Assembly: GCA_934097105.1 (NCBI GenBank)
Contig: CAKONI010000003.1
Coordinates: 3,609-35,608, forward strand
Source of the DNA: an uncultured Bacilli bacterium
Lineage (GTDB): Bacteria > Bacillota_I > Bacilli_A > RF39 > UBA660
Length of the DNA stretch: 32,000 nucleotides
Direction of reading: 5' to 3'
Part shown: in pieces, positions 8,492 to 15,266 of the stretch
Layout: each line of letters opens with the position of its first letter
Numbering within the stretch: the stretch's first letter is position 1
Notes under the pieces: generated by a model
Told to the model about the DNA's origin: nothing
What the model saw: the letters and a program-made list of their open reading frames with translations, nothing else
Database searches by the model: none
Position numbers and translations under genes: made by a program

Positions 8492-9741
8492 AATTTAATT
8501 TTTTTCTATAAACTATGTATCCTCCGATTGATACTACTGATATGATTTCTAGCATTAAGTAAGTCATAATATTATCACTTGTTTTAGGATTTTTTATTTC
8601 TTCATTTTTATAACTTATGCTAAATTTAGTAGTTGCAGTATTTTTATCATTAAATACAACCTTTAAGGTATGGCTTCCTACTGATAAATTATCTAAATAG
8701 TTTTTCTTAAATGTTAAAATTGTACTACCACTTTTTGAGGTATAATTTTTGTAATCAACTAGTTTTCCGTCTATGTAAACTTTTCCACCTTTAAATAAAT
8801 CATAGTTTGCATTTATTTCAAATGTTAGATTTTTGTCTTTATTGATTACATATTTTTGGTTAACACCTTTGATGAATTTATATTCTTTCTTTATTTTGTT
8901 TTCATTTTCATTTTGATTTTGATTTTCATTTTCGTTTGCGTATTTGAAAGTAAAATTATATGTGCATATAGTGCAATAATCTGTTCTTGTTTCATTAATT
9001 ATATTATCAATTTCACCATCATAAGTAAGTTTTGCACCAGTATATTTGGTATGAGTTCCTGAATAATTAGCACTTTTGTTATTTTTGGCATTAACTACTG
9101 ATATTACTGCTATGTTTTTATCTTTATTACCTGTTATTTTTATAATTGCTTCATCTTTATTGTCAGTTACTAGTAAACCATCATTAACAACTTTATAATA
9201 TAAAGTTTTTGTTAAATCCACGAAGGTTTTTAGGCCATTAGTATTTACTAAAATCAATTACATGATCGCCCTTGCTTAGGTCAATAGTGCCTTCTGAGGT
9301 GATTCTTTCATAAATATTTTCAACTTTTGTATTAACAACAGTATGTGTCCTTTCAAGTTTAATTTTTAATGTTCCATTAAATTTATCTTTATTCAAATTA
9401 AATGAACCATTTCCTATAGCATAACGCCATCTATTTATAGTTATTCTAACTTTTCTAGGGTCTACTACAGAACCTGTACTTTCAGGTGGATATTCTCTTA
9501 TTGAAAATTCATAATTTGCCTCATTTAAGTCAATTTTCATGTTATTACTGATGTCTGATATAAGCGTACCATTTTTAAATAATTGAATATTACCTATTTT
9601 GTCGTAATCAACATATCCGTCATGAATTGTACCTTCTTCAAAATTAAGAGTAACTTCATTTTTAGTATCAGCATTTACATTAATAACAAAGGTGCATAAA
9701 CTAATTAGAAGTACCAATAATAATTTATTAATTTTTTTCAT
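8490..9741 (-). pseudogene. Cell-wall-anchored surface protein split by a frameshift (ORFs 9238..9741 and 8490..9257)
   Basis: The upstream ORF has a signal peptide (MKKINKLLLVLLISLCTFVINVNA) and no anchor. The downstream ORF has no signal peptide, a TTG start immediately after an in-frame TAA, and ends in KNPKTSD, a TM segment and RKKLN. The two reading frames overlap by 20 nt (9238-9257). Confidence 0.55.
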
Positions 9742-9773
9742 AAAATCTCCTTCTTTCTAAAATTTATATACGT

Positions 9774-9801
9774 ATTATAATAGAAAATTTAATAATATCA
9801 A
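9774..9801 (-). promoter_or_regulatory. Sigma-A promoter for the surface-protein (pseudo)gene
   Basis: Minus strand reads TTGATA (9801-9796), 16-nt spacer, TATAAT (9779-9774). GAAGGAG Shine-Dalgarno precedes the ATG at 9741. Confidence 0.5.
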
Positions 9802-9808
9802 TGAAATT

Positions 9809-9830
9809 TCCAAATGATGCATTGTTTGGA
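9809..9830. promoter_or_regulatory. 22-bp imperfect palindrome, candidate operator between divergent promoters
   Basis: TCCAAAtgATG/CATtgTTTGGA pairs at 9 of 11 positions. It sits 8 nt upstream of the -35 of the HTH-regulator promoter. Confidence 0.3.
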
Positions 9831-9837
9831 GTAAAAA

Positions 9838-9866
9838 TTTACAAATTATAGTACCTATAGTATAAT
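9838..9866 (+). promoter_or_regulatory. Sigma-A promoter for the double-HTH regulator
   Basis: TTTACA (9838-9843), 17-nt spacer, TATAAT (9861-9866), then GGTGA Shine-Dalgarno and ATG at 9884. Confidence 0.6.
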
Positions 9867-9883
9867 ATAGTCTGGTGATACAA

Positions 9884-11596
9884 ATGAATTTTAGTGATAA
9901 ATTGAATGAGTACTTAAAAAAATTAAATATTACTTCTAAAAAATTATCTGAAATAACGAATATATCTCAATCTGTTATAAGTAGATATAGGAATGGTGAG
10001 AGGACTCCGCTTAAGGATAGTAAACAATTAGAAATAATAGTAAATAAATTAAATGAAATTAATATTGATCAGAAAATGATAATTAAAGAAGATATAAAAA
10101 GAGAACTTGAAAAAACAATAAAGAAGGATACTTTTGATTATGACTGTCTTAGTAATAATTTGAATATTTTGATAAAAAGTTTAAGTATAAACATAAATAA
10201 GATGTCAAAATATATAAATTTTGATCCTTCGCATATTTCAAGAATAAGATATCAAAAATCGAAGCCATCTGATCCGATAGATTTTCTAACTAAAATTGCT
10301 AATTATGTAGTGGAAAAGCATAATACAGATGATGATAGAGAGATTATTAAAGGGATATTAAATTGTAATGATGATTGTTTTAATGATGAGGTAAAAATTA
10401 AAGAACTTTTATTAAAGTATTTAACTGAGAATACTGGTAGACATGATGATCAAACGAAAAAGTTTTTAATAAATTTTGATAACTTTGATTTAAATGATTA
10501 TATAAAGGCAATAAAATTTGATAAGATTAAGATTCCTAATATTCCTTTTTATAAAGGGAAAACAAGAAATTATTATGGAATTGAGGAAATGAAGAAAGGT
10601 GAAATAGATTTTTTTAAAACTACTGTTCTTTCTAAGCAAAATAAGGATATATTTATGTATAGTAATATGCCTATGGAGGATATGGCAAAGGATATTGATT
10701 TTGGGAAGAAGTGGATGTTTTCGATAGCGTGCTGCTTAAAAAGGGGCTTACATATTAATATAATTCATAATTTAGATAGGCCTTATAATGAAATGATGCT
10801 TGGTCTTCAAAGTTGGGTTCCAATATATATGACTGGTCAGGTTTCTCCGTTTTATTTTAAGAATAATAAAAATAATGTATATAATCAACTTGATTATGTA
10901 TCTGGTTCGGGGGCTCTTACTGGGGAGGCTATAAAGGGATACCATAATTTGGGCAAGTATTATTTGACTACTAATAGTAAGGAAATAAATTATTACAGGG
11001 AAAAGGCTGATCTTTTACTTAAAAAGGCTAATCCTTTAATGGAAATATATAAGGATGATAATAAGAATGAGTTTGAAAAGTTTTTGAGTAATTCAAAGAA
11101 AACAAAAGCAAAAAGAACTAGGATTTTTTCATCTTTACCACTTTTTACTATAGAAAATGATCTTTTAAGGGATATATTAGTGAAAAATAATTTAAGTAAT
11201 GAAGAAATAGAAATGATTTTAAAATATAAAAGTGATGAGGAAAATAGTCTTAATGAGATACTTAAGGAAAATATAATTAATGACACAGTTTATAAGATTG
11301 AGGATAAGGATGAAGAAATAAATCTTTCTCTTGAAAATATATTTTATAGTAATATTACTTATACTTATGAGGATTATTTAAAACATTATGAACAGACTAT
11401 TGCTTATCAAAAAAAATGTAAAAATTATAGAGTGACTGAGACTGATTATAAAACTTTTAATAATATTACAATAACAATATTAGATAATCATTACGTAATA
11501 CTTACTAAGTCTAAGAATCCTACTATTCACTTTGTTATAAGACATCCTAAATTAGTTGATTCAATTAAGAACTTTAATCCAATAATAAAAGAATAA
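9884..11596 (+). CDS. Large transcriptional regulator with two N-terminal XRE-type HTH modules and an uncharacterised ~430-aa C-terminal domain
   Basis: HTH1 is LNITSKKLSEITNISQSVISRYRNGERTP. HTH2 is ININKMSKYINFDPSHISRIRYQKSKPSDP. I do not recognise the remainder. ATG at 9884 is preferred over the GTG at 9875, which lies inside the GGTGA Shine-Dalgarno. Confidence 0.6.
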   Translation: MNFSDKLNEYLKKLNITSKKLSEITNISQSVISRYRNGERTPLKDSKQLEIIVNKLNEINIDQKMIIKEDIKRELEKTIKKDTFDYDCLSNNLNILIKSLSININKMSKYINFDPSHISRIRYQKSKPSDPIDFLTKIANYVVEKHNTDDDREIIKGILNCNDDCFNDEVKIKELLLKYLTENTGRHDDQTKKFLINFDNFDLNDYIKAIKFDKIKIPNIPFYKGKTRNYYGIEEMKKGEIDFFKTTVLSKQNKDIFMYSNMPMEDMAKDIDFGKKWMFSIACCLKRGLHINIIHNLDRPYNEMMLGLQSWVPIYMTGQVSPFYFKNNKNNVYNQLDYVSGSGALTGEAIKGYHNLGKYYLTTNSKEINYYREKADLLLKKANPLMEIYKDDNKNEFEKFLSNSKKTKAKRTRIFSSLPLFTIENDLLRDILVKNNLSNEEIEMILKYKSDEENSLNEILKENIINDTVYKIEDKDEEINLSLENIFYSNITYTYEDYLKHYEQTIAYQKKCKNYRVTETDYKTFNNITITILDNHYVILTKSKNPTIHFVIRHPKLVDSIKNFNPIIKE

Positions 11597-11597
11597 T

Positions 11598-13265
11598 TTA
11601 ATTTCTTTTTTTTAAATTATCCTCTATTTCATCAAAGTATTTATCTAATATATCTATATTGTTATTGAATAGTTCCATAAATTTTAAAATGGTAAATTCT
11701 GCTTTAAAGGTTAGTTTTCCTTCGTAAATATCGCTAAATATTATTTTACTGTCTTGGAATGTTTCTCCTGGCATGACTTTGTAATTACCATGGGAAATGG
11801 AGTTTCTAATTCCTTCGATGATGCTTTTATTTTTTATATATAGTTCTCTGTTATTGTAATATTTAAGTTTATTTTCTAGGTTTTTAATATCCTTTTTTAT
11901 AGTTTCCATGTCATTACATATTTTAATTAAGTTATTTTTAATTGTTGCTTTTGCTTTTTGGTTTTTTGCTTGAGAGATGTTGCAATAGTTATTTAAGTTA
12001 TTGTTATAACGTGCTATAAGAGTTAATAGTCTTTTGTTTAAAGATTTTAGTTTAGTATCTATTTCGGAATAGAAACTGTCATTATTATCATTTTTGATGA
12101 TACTATTATCATCAAATTTTAGTTTGGAGAAATCAAGTCCCTTCCCATCATTGTTTTTATATATTTTTTCTAGAGGAATACTGAAAAGGCTATTAAAGAC
12201 ACTGATAAGGGATGCAACTAGATTATCGTAGTTTATATAAAAACTTCCCCCATATTTTTTTGCTAGGGAATCTACTATAGAATTTAGATTGGTGGAACCA
12301 CTTTTGGAAATTTCTTCAATTATGTAAAGATTGGTAAGATTTGCAAGTAAGGGATTAAATTCATTGTAGGATGATTCTATTTTTCTTTGAACTTCATTTG
12401 TAATGGTTGATACTTGATTGTCGTAGGTGTATCTTTCTTGAGTAAGTATAGTATTTTGGATTAAGGGGATAAGTTCCATAATACTTTTGTACTTGTTCAT
12501 TTTATAATAGTCAGCTTTTAATATATATCCATTTTCTTTATATTCTTTTCTTAAATTTTGTATGCTATTAAAGTCCATATTAGTGGTATTTTTTAATGTA
12601 TTTAGTTTTTTATTGAACTTATCTATTTCATATTTTTCTAGAAAATTGTTATCTTCTCGGGATAAATTAAAGTTAATGTTTGTACAATTGTTTATGACAT
12701 GTTTAATTTCTTCTGTGGATGTGATTTTTTTTGGTTTTTTGTCTTTAGAGATTTCATTTACAGTTATGTTTCTAGAATAGTTTTTAGTTTTTGTATAGAA
12801 AAAGTTATTACGAAGAGATGTGATTATAAATTTGGAAAGTTTATTAATATCGATTGAGATGTTTGTGTTTTCGACGTTAATAATTACTTCTTCTTTATCA
12901 AAATCTATTAAAAAATCTCCATGAGCAATTTTGTTTCTTAAGGTGGCTACGAGAGTTGAGCCATCTTTAAATTCATAGTTATCTATCATATAACCAGATG
13001 CCGTTTTTTCGGAAATTATAGATACACTTTTTTCTAATGAATCATTATATAGTTTGGATTCATAATTTAAGTTTCCGGTATTTTCTACGATATTTTCTTT
13101 AATACTCAAGAATATATTAGAGATTGCTCCCATTTTAGCAGCGCATAAAAACCTTTTTTCTGTTATATAATTTGGATGATTAATTTCATATAGATTATTT
13201 AACATAAAACCTACAAATTCTTTTGTGCCTAAATAATAATTTGCAACAAATTTCAAGTAGTCCAT
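11598..13265 (-). CDS. Single-chain protein with two HEPN-type Rx4H motifs (putative RNase-type toxin or defence effector)
   Basis: 555 aa from the ATG at 13265. Motif 1 is TLRNKIAHGDF (R..H codons at 12921-12938). Motif 2 is GIRNSISHGNY (11790-11807). Both fit R-N-x-I-[AS]-H-G-[DN]-[FY] and lie about 375 residues apart. No signal peptide or TM segment. The TTG at 13310 used by the ORF track is the -35 box of the gene's own promoter. Confidence 0.5.
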   Translation of the reverse strand: MDYLKFVANYYLGTKEFVGFMLNNLYEINHPNYITEKRFLCAAKMGAISNIFLSIKENIVENTGNLNYESKLYNDSLEKSVSIISEKTASGYMIDNYEFKDGSTLVATLRNKIAHGDFLIDFDKEEVIINVENTNISIDINKLSKFIITSLRNNFFYTKTKNYSRNITVNEISKDKKPKKITSTEEIKHVINNCTNINFNLSREDNNFLEKYEIDKFNKKLNTLKNTTNMDFNSIQNLRKEYKENGYILKADYYKMNKYKSIMELIPLIQNTILTQERYTYDNQVSTITNEVQRKIESSYNEFNPLLANLTNLYIIEEISKSGSTNLNSIVDSLAKKYGGSFYINYDNLVASLISVFNSLFSIPLEKIYKNNDGKGLDFSKLKFDDNSIIKNDNNDSFYSEIDTKLKSLNKRLLTLIARYNNNLNNYCNISQAKNQKAKATIKNNLIKICNDMETIKKDIKNLENKLKYYNNRELYIKNKSIIEGIRNSISHGNYKVMPGETFQDSKIIFSDIYEGKLTFKAEFTILKFMELFNNNIDILDKYFDEIEDNLKKRN

Positions 13266-13281
13266 TGATATCACCATCAAG

Positions 13282-13310
13282 ATGATATCATAAAATTGCT
13301 TAGATGACAA
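13282..13310 (-). promoter_or_regulatory. Sigma-A promoter of the dual-HEPN gene
   Basis: Minus strand reads TTGTCA (13310-13305), 17-nt spacer, TATCAT (13287-13282), then GGTGA Shine-Dalgarno (13275-13271) and ATG at 13265. Confidence 0.55.
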
Positions 13311-13330
13311 TCATTTTTCTTTTTTGCATT

Positions 13331-13360
13331 AGAAAAAGTCCAACTTTATTGGACCTTTCT
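13331..13360 (-). terminator. Terminator-like hairpin just upstream of the dual-HEPN promoter
   Basis: Minus strand reads AGAAAGGTCCAA taaag TTGGACTTTTTCT. Core stem is GTCCAA/TTGGAC (13338-13343 with 13349-13354), followed by T5. Confidence 0.45.
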
Positions 13361-13564
13361 AAAACAGTTCTTTCTTGTACTATATAGAAATATATAATAA
13401 ATAAAGAAGTATGAAGATAATATATTTCTTACAGATAAGAAATATAATAAAGAAAGGAGTATCTTAGATGAGAACTAAAAACATCTAAGAACTCAAAATG
13501 AATTATTGTAAACCAAATTGCAAATTTTTTGATTTACATAATAATCATACAACTAAAGATAGTA

Positions 13565-13592
13565 AAAAAATGTCGATATTTGGACATTTTTT
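13565..13592 (-). terminator. Intrinsic terminator of the S8-protease operon
   Basis: Perfect 10-bp inverted repeat AAAAAATGTC / GACATTTTTT with an 8-nt loop. It starts 6 nt after the stop at 13598. Confidence 0.7.
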
Positions 13593-13597
13593 ACTTT

Positions 13598-15262
13598 TTA
13601 TTTTTTTATAAATATTGCTTTTATTTTATGATTTGCTTTTATGTTTTTGAAGGTATATTTTGTAGTTGTTTTTACTTTTTTTCCATCTACGTATAAAGAT
13701 TTTATTTTATATCCTTTGTTAGGTGTAATTTTAATTGTTAAGTTTGTTCCATAATTTACGGTTTTTCCTTTTGTTATATAACCTTTTCCTTCTTTTGTTG
13801 TTGTTATTTTGTATGTGTTAATCATTTTTTTCGCTTTGTTGTAATAGGAATTATATATATTTTTAACTTCTTTTATACTGGTTGCTTTATTTATTTTGTT
13901 AATTCCTTCGTTTACTATTGGTTTTACTTTCTTTTGATTGTATTTTTTATTATTTAAAAATGCTTTTAGATAACCGATATATTTATTTTTAGCGGTTTTT
14001 AGTTCTTGTTTTAAGGTAGGAATGTCTTTGAGTATTCCTTCTAGATTAATAACGAAAAATTCGGAAACTTCAAATTCATAAATGGCATTTTCATAATATT
14101 CTTGGGCTACTTCAAGTATGTATTTAATTCTATAATAATTGTATCCAGAATATTTGCTTGAGTCTAAATAGTTAAGACTTATCTTGTATACTTCATTTTG
14201 AAGTCTTTGTTTGCTGGCATTAGAAAGTTTTTTAAATTTAATACCTGTTACTTTTATTAAATTGTCTTTGGCATTTTCAAATATATTTTCTAATTCACTA
14301 ACGGAATCTGATGAATAAATTTCGGCACAGGCATCATAAAGGATGTCTACTGCTTCTTGGTTTTCTTCTCCTGTTGGTACATAAACACTATAGTAATAAT
14401 AGTCTTGAAGCAAAGAAGTAAAGCTATCTTTTATATCATATACTTCGTTATTGGTATAGATTTTTTTATATAAATCTATATCTCTATATTTATATTCTTT
14501 TCCATTAAGTCTCCATATAATTTCATCATATGTTTCGCTTTCTTCTTGTAGTGTATATTTGTTTTTAGTATTTTTTGGACTAATTCTGTTTGTATGTGCT
14601 TTTGTTTTATCATATTCATAAATAGCGCTATCATAACTAAAATTTAAGTCTACATCAGAAATGTTTTCAGTGAAAATTACAAGTGCTTTGGCATTGGCAT
14701 TTGCTAGGTTTGAATAATCAGAGACGTTATTATAATTATCATAGATTTCTTCTTTTAAACGGTCTATTTTACTTTTGTAATAGTCGTTGTAACCATTAAA
14801 ACTTAAGTTTTCAAAGGCAAGATCTATATTGAGTATTGCTCTTTCTTTTATATCCTCAAAGTTTGTTTTTTCTTTTACAACTTCATAGTTAAAGTCCATT
14901 AGTGATGCTAGGTATAACTGTTTTTGATAAATAGTTTCATTATATTCAATAATTCCGTATGGTAATAGTTCAGTGTCAATTATATCTTCATAAACGACTG
15001 CATTATTTATAGTTTCCATTAATTGATTATAGGAATCATCTATTAGTTTTTTGATTTCATTGGTATATTTGATGTTTTGTGATTCATCATATAGTTCATC
15101 TATTCTTTCACTTAATTTTTGTTTTATATAATCAAGGTTATTATCAACCATAAATGGTCTATAGGTTTTTGATACTAATGGAGTACTTTCTTTGGCGAAG
15201 ACATTAAAGGGAAATATTGTAATTAGAAGTGCAATTACTAGTAATAAACTTAATTTTTTCAT
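13598..15262 (-). CDS. Secreted protein of unknown function with a C-terminal InlB-B-repeat-like beta domain
   Basis: 554 aa. Signal peptide MKKLSLLLVIALLITIFPFNVFA. Long Tyr/Asn/Glu-rich helical region. The last ~70 aa (YKITTTKEGKGYITKGKTVNYGTNLTIKITPNKGYKIKSLYVDGKKV...KIKAIF) resemble Listeria/Bacteroides-type B-repeat domains, judged from memory. The start lies 4 nt after the S8 stop. Confidence 0.5.
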   Translation of the reverse strand: MKKLSLLLVIALLITIFPFNVFAKESTPLVSKTYRPFMVDNNLDYIKQKLSERIDELYDESQNIKYTNEIKKLIDDSYNQLMETINNAVVYEDIIDTELLPYGIIEYNETIYQKQLYLASLMDFNYEVVKEKTNFEDIKERAILNIDLAFENLSFNGYNDYYKSKIDRLKEEIYDNYNNVSDYSNLANANAKALVIFTENISDVDLNFSYDSAIYEYDKTKAHTNRISPKNTKNKYTLQEESETYDEIIWRLNGKEYKYRDIDLYKKIYTNNEVYDIKDSFTSLLQDYYYYSVYVPTGEENQEAVDILYDACAEIYSSDSVSELENIFENAKDNLIKVTGIKFKKLSNASKQRLQNEVYKISLNYLDSSKYSGYNYYRIKYILEVAQEYYENAIYEFEVSEFFVINLEGILKDIPTLKQELKTAKNKYIGYLKAFLNNKKYNQKKVKPIVNEGINKINKATSIKEVKNIYNSYYNKAKKMINTYKITTTKEGKGYITKGKTVNYGTNLTIKITPNKGYKIKSLYVDGKKVKTTTKYTFKNIKANHKIKAIFIKK

Positions 15263-15266
15263 ATTA

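Noticed and set aside
11598-13310. Calling the dual-HEPN protein a Cas13
   Set aside because: No repeat-spacer array or cas genes lie within the window. The intergenic 13311-13597 has only two imperfect direct repeats. The protein is much smaller than classical Cas13. Motifs alone cannot establish that family.
13498-13611. Plus-strand 37-codon ORF MNYCKPNCKFFDLHNNHTTKDSKKMSIFGHFLLFIFL as a possible Cys-containing peptide next to the S8 protease
   Set aside because: It has no Shine-Dalgarno. It runs through the bidirectional terminator and into the 3' end of the opposite-strand gene. There is no modification-enzyme context.
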